This document shows, one piece after another, positions 1 through 9,741 of a stretch of DNA of 48,555 bases (within the stretch, counting starts at the first letter, position 1; every line of letters begins with the position of its first letter). Below the pieces are notes generated by a model. The model was not told where the DNA came from, searched no databases, and saw nothing but the letters and a program-made list of their open reading frames with translations. A program made the translations under genes and the position numbers. The stretch covers positions 1 to 48,555 of the forward strand of contig CAVFKU010000002.1 in assembly GCA_963623245.1 (NCBI GenBank), in the 5' to 3' direction. Origin of the DNA: Parabacteroides merdae (GTDB taxonomy: Bacteria > Actinomycetota > Actinomycetes > Actinomycetales > Bifidobacteriaceae).

Positions 1-1060
1 AGGTAAAACTAATCTCATTGAAGCAGTGGAAGTGCTGTCGACCGGCACTAGTCATCGCGTGTCTTCCTCGTTGCCTCTGATTGAACGAGGGGCGAGTAAG
101 GCAACGATTCGTGCCAATGTTGATAATGCTTCGTCTCTTACAACATATGAAGCAACTATTGCAGCGCATGGGGCAAACAGAGCTCGCATCAATTCAGGTC
201 AATCACAATATTTGCGCGACATCATCGGATTAGTGCCTTCCGTTTCGTTCACGCCTGAAGATCAGCGCCTAATTTATGGCGAGCCTTCTGTGCGTCGCAA
301 TTTCCTCAATCAAAGCGGTGCCCTACTCGTGCGGCAATACGCCGAACAATTGCAACAGTTCACGCACATCGCCCGACAGCGTGCAGCTTTGCTTAAACAA
401 CTTGCAGGACGCGAAGACACGGTTGACAGCGTGTTGAGCGGTTTGGAAGTATGGACCGGCCAATTTATCGAAACCGGCGTACAGTTGACGCGCATGCGCT
501 CTGCGCTAGTATCACGATTAGCTGAACCATTTGCTGAGATATACAGTCGTCTGGCTTCACATAATGGAAAGGCTTGCTTGGCCTATATGCCTTCGCTTGA
601 AGAAGCATTGTTATCTGATGACCCGTATGCGTCGATATCGGAGCATTTTCAGCGCTTATATCCAGGCGAAGTTGCTCGCGGTGTTAATCTCATTGGCCCG
701 CAACGCGACGATGTGAATGTGACTTTGGACGGTATGCCCGCCAAAGAGTTTGCTTCTAACGGCGAAATGTGGACCATGGCAATTGCGTTGAAAATGGCGT
801 TATTTGAAACTATTGCTGCAGATCGTGGGGTGAAATCCATTGTGATTCTCGATGATGTTTTCGCTCAATTAGATGAATCTCGCCGCGAGCACATTGTGCA
901 GTTTGCCCAAAGGCAAGATCAGGTGTTGATTACTGTTGCTGCTGCAAGCGATATTCCTTCGACAGTGGATGCGAAGATGATTGATGTTGCAGCCTTGAGC
1001 GAATCCTCTAATACAGATGCCAGCCTCGGTACTGTGTTAAATAGCGAGGTGCACGTATGA
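1..1060 (+). CDS. recF: DNA replication/repair protein RecF (5'-truncated by window)
   Basis: The frame is open from base 2 (GKTNLIEAV, end of Walker A). It carries GPQRDD, ASNGE and ILDDVFAQLD motifs and lies upstream of DUF721-gyrB. Confidence 0.97.
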   Translation, partial: GKTNLIEAVEVLSTGTSHRVSSSLPLIERGASKATIRANVDNASSLTTYEATIAAHGANRARINSGQSQYLRDIIGLVPSVSFTPEDQRLIYGEPSVRRNFLNQSGALLVRQYAEQLQQFTHIARQRAALLKQLAGREDTVDSVLSGLEVWTGQFIETGVQLTRMRSALVSRLAEPFAEIYSRLASHNGKACLAYMPSLEEALLSDDPYASISEHFQRLYPGEVARGVNLIGPQRDDVNVTLDGMPAKEFASNGEMWTMAIALKMALFETIAADRGVKSIVILDDVFAQLDESRREHIVQFAQRQDQVLITVAAASDIPSTVDAKMIDVAALSESSNTDASLGTVLNSEVHV

Positions 1061-1527
1061 CCACGCCGATTATGCATACATTAAACCTTGATCGGCGCTT
1101 GTTACCAGCACAAGTGTTTGAACATTACGCCGCGCGAGAGCAGTATCGAACCGTTCAGGCCGCCCGTGCTGAAGCAGCGTGGGAAAGTTTCGGCAAACCT
1201 GGTCGCGATCCCGCACGGTTTGGCGGCGTGGCTTACGCGCTGGCTGCGCAAGATGATTGGCTGCCTCACTTGAAAATCGCGCAACTCAACGAACATTGGG
1301 ATCAGGTGGTTGGCTCGGGGATCGCGCAACACTCGCATGTGGTGAGTCTGCATGATGGTGTGCTGGTCATCGCCGCCGAGTCACAGGTGTGGGCTACTCA
1401 GTTGACTTTTCTTATTCCTCAACTTTCTGCAACCATCCGCGAACGTCTTGAGGGTTTGCGCATTGATGACATTCGCGTCAATGGACCTGCCATAGGCTAT
1501 TCGCGCAAATGGGTCAAGCGACGCTAG
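1057..1527 (+). CDS. DUF721/DciA-like protein
   Basis: WDQVVG..IAQH..V..L.DGVLVI.AES..WATQL pattern; canonical actinobacterial position between recF and gyrB; ATGA overlap with recF. Confidence 0.88.
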   Translation: MTTPIMHTLNLDRRLLPAQVFEHYAAREQYRTVQAARAEAAWESFGKPGRDPARFGGVAYALAAQDDWLPHLKIAQLNEHWDQVVGSGIAQHSHVVSLHDGVLVIAAESQVWATQLTFLIPQLSATIRERLEGLRIDDIRVNGPAIGYSRKWVKRR

Positions 1528-1673
1528 CGGGCATATAGGCCTCTCGTCGTGCCGCGCGAGTAGAATCACACACAGTATGGTCAAAACGCTTCATGACCCC
1601 TTAGATGGCGTTTTTGAGGCATCGACCCGCGAAAACACCCCTCGCGTCACATACCATGCAGGAAGGAAGTTCC

Positions 1674-3776
1674 GTGGCGAACTCGCTGGACAACGCTTTG
1701 AGCAAAGAAGAACAGCTCAAGGCTGCGGACGAACATATCAATACCGCGCAATTGAAAGAAGGCGAGCTTGACGAGTCGATGACTCCCGAGCATTATGACG
1801 CCTCGGATTTGAAAGTACTTGAAGGCCTTGAGGCGGTGCGTATCCGCCCTGGCATGTACATCGGTTCCACTGGTGCGCGCGGTTTGCATCATCTTGTCTA
1901 CGAGATTGTGGATAACTCGGTTGACGAAGCGCTGGCTGGGTTCGCTAGTCATATTGAGGTCACCATCCTGCCAGACAATGGCATTCGCGTCGTTGATGAC
2001 GGCCGTGGCATTCCGGTAGATATCGTGCCGGGCGAAGGTGTTTCTGGTGTGGAAACCGTGATGACCAAACTGCACGCGGGCGGCAAATTCGGTGGCGGCG
2101 GATACGCCGTGTCCGGCGGTTTGCATGGCGTGGGTATTTCTGTGGTCAACGCCTTGTCCACCCGCGTGGACATCGAAGTACGTCGCCAAGGGTTCCACTG
2201 GACGCAAACTTACAAAGACCAGCACCCCACTGCTCCTTTGGCCAAAGGCGAGGCGATGGCCGAGGGCGAATCTACAGGCACTTCGGTGACTTTCTGGGCA
2301 GATCCAGCGATTTTTGAAACCACTGTCTACGATTTTGAGACGTTGCGCAGCCGATTCCAGCAGATGGCCTTCCTCAACAAAGGCTTGAAGATTAGTCTGA
2401 CGGATCTGCGTCAAGTGGATGAAGCAGGCGACGAGGTGACCGGCGATGGTGACAACCCCATCGAAGAAACGCATCAGTCCGTCACCTATCAATATGTCAA
2501 CGGCATCAAGGATTACGTGGATTATTTAGTCAAGTCACGCAAATCCACGCCGGTGGAAGACGAAATCATCAACTTCGATGCCGAAGATCTGAAACTTGGC
2601 ATTTCCGCCGAAATCTCCATGCAATGGACCACCGCGTATTCCGAGGCTGTGCACACCTTTGCGAACACGATTTCCACTACCGAAGGCGGCACGCATGAAG
2701 AGGGTTTCCGTGCGGCGCTGACCTCGTTGGTTAACCGTTATGCCCGCGAAAAGAACATTCTGAAGGAAAAGGACGAAAACCTTTCCGGTGACGATGTGCG
2801 CGAAGGGCTAACGGCTGTGGTGTCGGTCAAGCTCACCAATCCGCAGTTTGAAGGCCAGACCAAAACCAAGTTGGGCAACTCCGAGGCTAAGACCTTCGTG
2901 CAGCGCGTGATGACCGACAAGCTAGGCGACTGGTTCGACGCGCACCCGAATGAGGCGAAGAACGTCATCCAAAAGGCCATTGAAGCTTCCCGTGCTCGCA
3001 TGGCCGCCAAGAAGGCGCGCGAAAACACGCGCCGCAAGTCCATCTTCGAGTCCGCCGGCATGCCAGACAAGCTTAAGGACTGCCAGTCGAGCAACCCCGA
3101 AGAGTGCGAACTGTTCATCGTGGAGGGTGATTCCGCAGGCGGTTCCGCCATCCAGGGCCGCAACCCGATTACCCAGGCGATTCTGCCGCTTCGAGGCAAG
3201 ATTCTCAACACCGAGCGCGCCAGCCTCGACCGCATGATGAAGTCCGACACCATCGAATCGCTAATCACTGCGGTCGGTGGCGGCTATGGCGAGGATTTTG
3301 ACCTGTCCAAAGTGCGTTATCACAAGGTCATCATCATGGCCGATGCCGATGTGGACGGCGCGCATATCGCCACGCTGAACTTAACGCTATTCTTCCGTTA
3401 CATGCGACCGATGATCACCGCCGGTTATGTGTACGTAGCCATGCCGCCGCTGTATCGCCTCAAATGGACTAAAGGCACGCATGACTTTGTATATACCGAC
3501 GCTGAGCGTGACCGCGTGCTCGCCGAAGGTAAAGCCAACGGACGCCAGTTGCCCAAGGGCGAAGGCATTCAGCGCTACAAGGGCTTGGGCGAGATGAGCT
3601 ATCAGGAGTTGTGGGAAACGACCATGGATCCCGAACATCGCATTTTGAAGCAGGTGCAGATCGAAGACGCCGCCGCCGCAGACGAAACGTTCTCAATGCT
3701 GATGGGCGATGAAGTGGAACCGCGCCGACTGTTCATCCAGCGCAACGCACGCAACGTCAGTTGGATCGATGCCTGA
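1674..3776 (+). CDS. gyrB: DNA gyrase subunit B
   Basis: RPGMYIG, EIVDNS, LHAGGKF, VEGDSAGG, DADVDG and RYKGLGEM motifs. Start placed at GTG 1674 behind GGAAGGAAG (the ORF track starts at 1605). Confidence 0.98.
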   Translation: MANSLDNALSKEEQLKAADEHINTAQLKEGELDESMTPEHYDASDLKVLEGLEAVRIRPGMYIGSTGARGLHHLVYEIVDNSVDEALAGFASHIEVTILPDNGIRVVDDGRGIPVDIVPGEGVSGVETVMTKLHAGGKFGGGGYAVSGGLHGVGISVVNALSTRVDIEVRRQGFHWTQTYKDQHPTAPLAKGEAMAEGESTGTSVTFWADPAIFETTVYDFETLRSRFQQMAFLNKGLKISLTDLRQVDEAGDEVTGDGDNPIEETHQSVTYQYVNGIKDYVDYLVKSRKSTPVEDEIINFDAEDLKLGISAEISMQWTTAYSEAVHTFANTISTTEGGTHEEGFRAALTSLVNRYAREKNILKEKDENLSGDDVREGLTAVVSVKLTNPQFEGQTKTKLGNSEAKTFVQRVMTDKLGDWFDAHPNEAKNVIQKAIEASRARMAAKKARENTRRKSIFESAGMPDKLKDCQSSNPEECELFIVEGDSAGGSAIQGRNPITQAILPLRGKILNTERASLDRMMKSDTIESLITAVGGGYGEDFDLSKVRYHKVIIMADADVDGAHIATLNLTLFFRYMRPMITAGYVYVAMPPLYRLKWTKGTHDFVYTDAERDRVLAEGKANGRQLPKGEGIQRYKGLGEMSYQELWETTMDPEHRILKQVQIEDAAAADETFSMLMGDEVEPRRLFIQRNARNVSWIDA

Positions 3777-3838
3777 CCTTGTGTAGCACGCAAGGCACAG
3801 GAATACAGCAAAGTTAAGTAAGGACGTAAGGACAGATA

Positions 3839-6517
3839 GTGGCAGACGATACCAACACCATGGATGATTCCACCGTGTCGGACAGCTCGATGGAACCGTT
3901 GAGCCCGCAAGAGGCCGACAACACCGATTACGGCCTGATGACCGGTGAACGCATCCGCAAGCGCGATTTGCAAACCGAGATGCGCGAATCCTACCTCGCC
4001 TATGCCATGAGCGTGATTGTGGATCGCGCCCTGCCGGACGTGCGCGACGGCATGAAGCCCGTGCACCGCCGCGTGATTTATGCGATGTATGACGGTGGCT
4101 ACCGCCCCGACCGAGGCTACAACAAGTGTTCGCGCGTTGTCGGCGACGTGATGGGCAAATATCATCCGCACGGCGATTCGGCAATTTACGACACGTTGGT
4201 GCGCATGGCCCAATCGTGGTCGATGCGCTATATGCTTGTGGACGGCCAAGGTAACTTCGGCTCCCCTGGCGACGATCCGGCTGCTGCCATGCGTTACACC
4301 GAATGCCGCATGGCGCCGCTGTCGATGGAAATGGTGCGCGATATCGACAAGGACACCGTTGATTTCCTGCCCAACTATGACGGCAAAACCCAAGAACCTA
4401 CGGTGCTGCCCGCGCGTTTCCCGAACCTGTTGTGCAACGGTTCGTCCGGCATTGCTGTTGGCATGGCTACCAATATCCCGCCGCACAACATGCGCGAAGT
4501 GGCCGACGGCGTACATTGGGCGCTCGACCATCCCGACGCTTCCCGCGAGGAGCTGCTCGAAGCGCTGATCGCTCGCATTAAAGGCCCCGACTTCCCCACT
4601 GGCGCTACGATTCTTGGCCATAAGAGTATTGAACAGGCTTATCGCACTGGTCGAGGGCTTATCACCATGCGCGCGGTGGTGAATACCGAAGAAATCAAAG
4701 GGCGCATGTGCTTGGTGGTCACCGAGCTGCCTTATCAGGTCAACCCAGATCGTTTGGTCGTTTCTATCCGCGAAGCTGTGCGCGACGGCAAGATTCAAGG
4801 TATTGCCGATATGCGCGACGAAACTTCCGGCCGCACCGGTCAGCGCTTGGTGCTGGTGCTGAAGCGCGATGCCGTGCCCAAGGTTGTGCTCAACAACCTG
4901 TATAAGCATTCCCAGTTGCAGCAGACCTTCGGTGCCAACATGCTGGCGCTGGTCGATGGCGTGCCGCGCACGTTGTCGCTGGATGCGTTCATTCGCCACT
5001 GGGTGTCCCATCAGCTCGATGTGATTGCCCGTCGCACCGCCTATTTGAAGCGCGAAGCTGAAGAACGCGATCATATTTTGCAAGGCTATTTGAAGGCTCT
5101 TGACATGATCGACGAAGTGGTGGCGTTGATTCGTCGCTCCCCCGACGCCGATACTGCTCGCACCGGTTTGATGGAATTACTTGATGTCGATCAAGTGCAG
5201 GCAGACGCTATTTTGGCCATGCAGCTGCGTCGTCTGGCCGCTTTGGAACGTCAGAAGATTCTTGACGAGCACGAAGAGCTGATGCGTCGTATCGCCGATT
5301 ACGCTGATATTCTTGCCAAGCCGGAACGCCAGCGCAAGATTGTGGGCGACGAGCTGGACGAGATTGTGGCCAAGTACGGCGACGAGCGTCGCACCAAGAT
5401 TCTGCCGTTCAGCGGCGAGATGAACGTTGAGGATTTGATCCCCGAAGAGAATGTGGTGGTTACCGTCACGCACTCCGGCTTTATCAAGCGCACCAAAGCC
5501 GACGAATACCGCGCTCAGCATCGCGGCGGCAAGGGTATCAAGGGCACAAAGCTGCGCGAGGACGATATTGTGGATCACTTCTTCCTCACCAGCACGCACA
5601 ATTGGTTGCTCTTCTTCACCAACAAGGGTCGCGTATATCGCCTTAAAGGTTATGAACTGCCCGAAGGTTCGCGCGACTCCAAGGGCCAGCATGTGGCAAA
5701 CTTGTTGCAGTTCGGGCCGGACGAAACCATTCAGACTGTGCTGTCGATTCGCAACTACGAGGTTGCCAAATATTTGGTGCTTGCCACTAGAAGCGGCAAG
5801 GTCAAGAAAACAGCGTTGGCTGAATACGATTCGCCTCGTCAAGGCGGTCTGATTGCCGTGCGCCTGATGGCCGACGAGAATGGCGAACATGCCGATGAGC
5901 TTATCGGCGCCGCACTGTGTAACGCTGAAGATGACATCATTCTGGTTTCTAAACTTGGCATGAGTCTGAAATTCACCGCCACCGACGAGCAATTGCGCCC
6001 AATGGGTCGTCAGACCGCCGGTGTGCAGGGCATGAAGTTCCGCGAAGGCGATGAGCTGCTCGCCATGGACGTGGTGGAAGCCGACAGCGACCATGATTTG
6101 CTGGTTGTTACGAATGAGGGTTTTGCCAAGCGTTCTGCCGTTTCTCAATATCGTCTGCAAGGTCGCAATGGCTTCGGCGTCAAGGCGTTGCAACTGGCCG
6201 AGGGGCGCGGCTCCTTGGTGGGTGCGCTTATCGTGACCGAAGACGATCAGGTGATGGCTATTATGAAGTCCGGTAAGGTGATTCGTTCCGACGTAGCCGA
6301 GGTCAAGCGCACTGGCCGCAACACCCAGGGTGTCACGCTTGCCAAGCCTGACAAGGGCGACGAGATCATCTCTATCGCGCTCAACGCCGAAAAGGATGAA
6401 GCCGGCGATGCTGATGGAGCTGATGCGACTGAGGCTTCTGAAAGTTCCGAGGTTTCCAAGGCGTCTGGTGTGTCGACGGATGCCCAGAGTGTGAACGATG
6501 GTTCAGATGGCGAGTAA
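3839..6517 (+). CDS. gyrA: DNA gyrase subunit A
   Basis: [33 protein letters not shown] (catalytic Tyr), GyrA-box QHRGGKG, acidic tail. Confidence 0.98.
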   Translation: MADDTNTMDDSTVSDSSMEPLSPQEADNTDYGLMTGERIRKRDLQTEMRESYLAYAMSVIVDRALPDVRDGMKPVHRRVIYAMYDGGYRPDRGYNKCSRVVGDVMGKYHPHGDSAIYDTLVRMAQSWSMRYMLVDGQGNFGSPGDDPAAAMRYTECRMAPLSMEMVRDIDKDTVDFLPNYDGKTQEPTVLPARFPNLLCNGSSGIAVGMATNIPPHNMREVADGVHWALDHPDASREELLEALIARIKGPDFPTGATILGHKSIEQAYRTGRGLITMRAVVNTEEIKGRMCLVVTELPYQVNPDRLVVSIREAVRDGKIQGIADMRDETSGRTGQRLVLVLKRDAVPKVVLNNLYKHSQLQQTFGANMLALVDGVPRTLSLDAFIRHWVSHQLDVIARRTAYLKREAEERDHILQGYLKALDMIDEVVALIRRSPDADTARTGLMELLDVDQVQADAILAMQLRRLAALERQKILDEHEELMRRIADYADILAKPERQRKIVGDELDEIVAKYGDERRTKILPFSGEMNVEDLIPEENVVVTVTHSGFIKRTKADEYRAQHRGGKGIKGTKLREDDIVDHFFLTSTHNWLLFFTNKGRVYRLKGYELPEGSRDSKGQHVANLLQFGPDETIQTVLSIRNYEVAKYLVLATRSGKVKKTALAEYDSPRQGGLIAVRLMADENGEHADELIGAALCNAEDDIILVSKLGMSLKFTATDEQLRPMGRQTAGVQGMKFREGDELLAMDVVEADSDHDLLVVTNEGFAKRSAVSQYRLQGRNGFGVKALQLAEGRGSLVGALIVTEDDQVMAIMKSGKVIRSDVAEVKRTGRNTQGVTLAKPDKGDEIISIALNAEKDEAGDADGADATEASESSEVSKASGVSTDAQSVNDGSDGE

Positions 6518-6571
6518 TCGTCTGTGAATATTGCTATTGTGACAACGATTCGAGAATGGTGAAGGAGCAAC

Positions 6572-7237
6572 ATGAGCGACAACCATGAAGAAAGCCGCAT
6601 GGGCGAAGACGAGGTCTTAAAAACCGTCGATGAGCAGGAAAGCCAGACGGTTGGCGCAGCTGATGCTGTCAACTTGACTGCTGATGTTGATTCAGGTGAT
6701 TCGCTTGATTCTGCCAGTGAGGACGTTGCTGCTGAAGCCAATCAGGAGCAACGCGTGGCGCGTTCCGCGTCGAATAAACCGTTGATTAGCGAGGAGCAGA
6801 TAAGTGAACATGCCGAAGGTGTGGGTGCCGCTTCTGCCGTTCAAATCAAGCCCACTGCGCGTCGCGGTGTTCCTCGTGCGCGTCGTATGAACCTTTCAGT
6901 AACCCGCTTGAATCCTTGGAGTGTGGCCAAAATCAGCTTCATGATGGGTGTCGCCGGAGCAATTATCCAGATTGTCGCTGTGGCTTCGGTGTGGGCGCTG
7001 CTTAATGTCGTCGGCGTATTTGATCAGATTACGCAGATTGTGGCTTCGACCGGTCTTGACGCTGGTGGCCTGAACCTTGCCGACGTGTTCTCACTGTCCA
7101 CGGTGCTGTCTGGTGCCACGATTTTTTCCATTATCGAAGTTGTGTTGTTTACGGTGCTTATTACCGTCGTCACACTGATTTACAACGTGGTCAGCTCGCT
7201 AGTTGGTGGCATTCATGTCACCCTCGGCGACGACTGA
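6572..7237 (+). CDS. DUF3566 family membrane protein
   Basis: Acidic N-terminal region, then RLNPWSVAKISF and two hydrophobic helices ending YNVVSSLVGGIHVTL; typical gene after actinobacterial gyrA; SD AAGGAG. Confidence 0.88.
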   Translation: MSDNHEESRMGEDEVLKTVDEQESQTVGAADAVNLTADVDSGDSLDSASEDVAAEANQEQRVARSASNKPLISEEQISEHAEGVGAASAVQIKPTARRGVPRARRMNLSVTRLNPWSVAKISFMMGVAGAIIQIVAVASVWALLNVVGVFDQITQIVASTGLDAGGLNLADVFSLSTVLSGATIFSIIEVVLFTVLITVVTLIYNVVSSLVGGIHVTLGDD

Positions 7238-7255
7238 TCCTCCCCTTTGCTCATG

Positions 7256-7294
7256 AAGACGGGCAGCGGCCAAGTGCTGTTGCCCGTCTTTGTT
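7256..7294 (+). terminator. Intrinsic terminator-like hairpin after the gyr cluster
   Basis: AAGACGGGCAGCGGC-caagt-GCTGTTGCCCGTCTT 15-bp stem followed by a short T-rich tail; lies between convergent genes. Confidence 0.75.
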
Positions 7295-7389
7295 GCATAT
7301 TGCTGTTTCGCAATTCTGCCTGGCTAATTCGCTATAAGGGTTATAGTGATAGACCATGCTTGGGTATTTGAGTTATTGCTCAACATCGC

Positions 7390-8727
7390 TTACCGATACT
7401 TACACAGCGGCAGAGGCAATAGCGCCCGCAAGTCAAACCAATGATCATGAGGACTGATTGTCACTTCACCGCCATACTGCCGTGCAATATGACGAATGGA
7501 TTTAACACCAAAACCATGCGAGGCACTGTCGCGCTTGGTGGTGGTTAATGAACCATCGGCAGCATGTCGCAGCGCTGTATCGTAATAGTTTTCCACTCGA
7601 ATCACCGCGAACTGCCCTTGCCGATGCAATGCCACGCGAATCAGGCGTTGCTCGGCATCGGCGAGCTTACTGGTTGCTTCGATGGCATTGTCCAAAGCGT
7701 TGCCGAAGAGCGTGGCAATATCCATAGACTCCATACCGTCCAGCAATTTGCCGTCAGCTACACAGGTAAGCGTAACGCCGCGATCCGCACAGGTTCGCAT
7801 CTTCGTGGTTAACACCACATCTAATACCGGATTGCCTGAATGTTGCTGCGCTGAAGCGCGAGCCACGGAGTTTTCTAACTGCTCAAATTGCGCTGAGACG
7901 CGCTTCGGGTCGAGTTCAGCGCGCAAGGCCACAATTTGGTGCTTTAAGTCGTGGGCGAGACGACTCATCACTTCAAGATTTTCTTTGGACTGCAAATATT
8001 CAGCATGTTGACTGGCTAATGAAGTGTTGATTTCCACAAGTTCCAATGTGGATTGCATGCGTTGCAACTGTTCCTGTTGAGCGTAGAGAATCACAAATCC
8101 GCAGAAATCTACCAATGTGCGAATATAAAACACTTCACGCCCTAGCGTGCCAGAAAATGGTGTGTTGGTTGAAACGAAGCTTAGATTGCTGACCGCAAAA
8201 GTGGTGATGGCGATTGCCGCGCAGCTCACGGCGTCTCTCGTGGTAAGGGTTATGCCTTCATTGCAGTTGAAATTGTGTCGCTCTACCGTGCGTGCCAATG
8301 CGAAACACACGGTGTAAATCACCGTTAATATCACCAGCGATTGCCAAGCAAATGGTGAATGCGAATCAGGACGAATAAATGAATCAATTTGCCAATGCAG
8401 TGAAGCCACCAGTTCAGCCAGCACGAATGCGCGCATGGTAATGTACCAAGCTAAACGCTTTGCTGAACCTGAAGCCAACCAGACAATTAGCCACATAGTT
8501 GTTACCGCTAAACACATGCCGAGAATCCACAGGCTGAGCGGCATCGCACCGGCAAGGTATTGCACGCCGATGATGAGGGATAGTCCGGCAGCGCTGATGG
8601 CGATGGTGCGTTTGGGTGGCACGCGCAGCGGAATCACACACAGGTAAATCACACATGCCAGCCATTCGCTTAATGCGGTGTACAGTCGTGGAATATCAGG
8701 CAGTGCGTTGCTGATGATGTTGCTCAC
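7390..8727 (-). CDS. Membrane GHKL sensor histidine kinase (AgrC/VirS-like)
   Basis: Multi-TM N-terminal half, HDLKHQ H-box, FGNALDNAIEA N-box, HGFGVKSI G-box. Start placed at GTG 8727 (GTGA overlap with the regulator stop). Confidence 0.92.
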   Translation of the reverse strand: MSNIISNALPDIPRLYTALSEWLACVIYLCVIPLRVPPKRTIAISAAGLSLIIGVQYLAGAMPLSLWILGMCLAVTTMWLIVWLASGSAKRLAWYITMRAFVLAELVASLHWQIDSFIRPDSHSPFAWQSLVILTVIYTVCFALARTVERHNFNCNEGITLTTRDAVSCAAIAITTFAVSNLSFVSTNTPFSGTLGREVFYIRTLVDFCGFVILYAQQEQLQRMQSTLELVEINTSLASQHAEYLQSKENLEVMSRLAHDLKHQIVALRAELDPKRVSAQFEQLENSVARASAQQHSGNPVLDVVLTTKMRTCADRGVTLTCVADGKLLDGMESMDIATLFGNALDNAIEATSKLADAEQRLIRVALHRQGQFAVIRVENYYDTALRHAADGSLTTTKRDSASHGFGVKSIRHIARQYGGEVTISPHDHWFDLRALLPLPLCKYR

Positions 8728-9440
8728 AAAGCACCGCCCAAATGTGCTGTGAGTGCGGCCATGAAGTCCTTTTTGCGCAGTCGTGAAATGCGCAGCCGCT
8801 TGTCGTTGGACATCACGCAATCAGATTCAACCACTGCACTCACATGGTCAAGATTGACTAAATAACAGGAGTTTGAACGGAAAAAGTGGCGGCCAGACAG
8901 CTGCTCTTCGAGTTTTTTGAGTGATGAGGTGAGGGAAACATCGCCAGATAATGTATGGATGATGATGGTATGGCGAATCGATTCACAATACAAAATATCG
9001 CTTAAGGTAATGCGCATGGATTGCCCAGCTGTTTCCACCAGAAGCGATTCATTGCCACGTCGGCGCACTTGCGCGATTGAACGTTTAAGTTCTTGGCTGA
9101 AACCAAACCAAGGCACAGGTTTGAGCAGATAGCTCAATGCGCCCACCTCATAACCGTTAATCGCATATTGCGGCGCCGAAGTAATGTAAATAATCACCAC
9201 TTCCTTGTCTCGCTCGCGGACACGTCGGGCGGCTTCGATGCCGTCCATTTCCTTCATTTGAATATCCATGAGCAGGATGTCATACACAGGTTGATACTTT
9301 TCAACCAGCTGTGCACCGTCGTCGAATACAGATACGGTGAATGTTTCGCCAAACTCGTTTTGATAACGGTTGAGATAATCCAGCAGACGTTGGCAGTGCG
9401 TGGGGTCGTCCTCGACCACGCCGATTCGGATTGTTCGCAT
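8724..9440 (-). CDS. LytTR family response regulator
   Basis: Receiver domain (VVEDD, LMDIQM, YLLKP) plus LytTR domain (FFRSNSCYLVNL..V); SD GAAAGGA. Confidence 0.95.
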   Translation of the reverse strand: MRTIRIGVVEDDPTHCQRLLDYLNRYQNEFGETFTVSVFDDGAQLVEKYQPVYDILLMDIQMKEMDGIEAARRVRERDKEVVIIYITSAPQYAINGYEVGALSYLLKPVPWFGFSQELKRSIAQVRRRGNESLLVETAGQSMRITLSDILYCESIRHTIIIHTLSGDVSLTSSLKKLEEQLSGRHFFRSNSCYLVNLDHVSAVVESDCVMSNDKRLRISRLRKKDFMAALTAHLGGAL

Positions 9441-9555
9441 GGCCAGTCCTTTCTCAACAGCGCAAGGCGTCTATGCCTCTTCTTTAGCCTACCCGTCTTG
9501 ATGCCATTCACGGAGCAATGGCGCGGCGCGTTCGTTTTGCGTGGAAGGATAGGGC

Positions 9556-9595
9556 GACAGATTATGCCGATGAAATGACAGGCTGTGATGACAGA
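9556..9595 (+). promoter_or_regulatory. Candidate LytTR binding site upstream of first GH3 gene
   Basis: GACAG half-sites at 9556 and 9577 (21-bp period). 9565-9595 matches 12862-12892 at 21/31 positions. Confidence 0.5.
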
Positions 9596-9741
9596 CTCGT
9601 GACCGAGGGCTCGCGTTGGTTAGATTAGCAATAACGGCATAAGGGCGTGTCTGTTGATGCGTGACACCGCACTCGTTGAAGAGGCGTGGTTGAGAGACGT
9701 GATTCCTTGTGTCGGCATTTTAAAGAACAAGGAGAAGACCT

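Noticed and set aside
1907..1915. Perfect DnaA box TGTGGATAA inside gyrB
   Set aside because: Isolated, and explained by the conserved EIVDNS codons.
7238..7389. tRNA genes often found after DUF3566 in actinobacteria
   Set aside because: No cloverleaf, TTCGA T-loop or CCA end visible here; none was seen beside dcd either.
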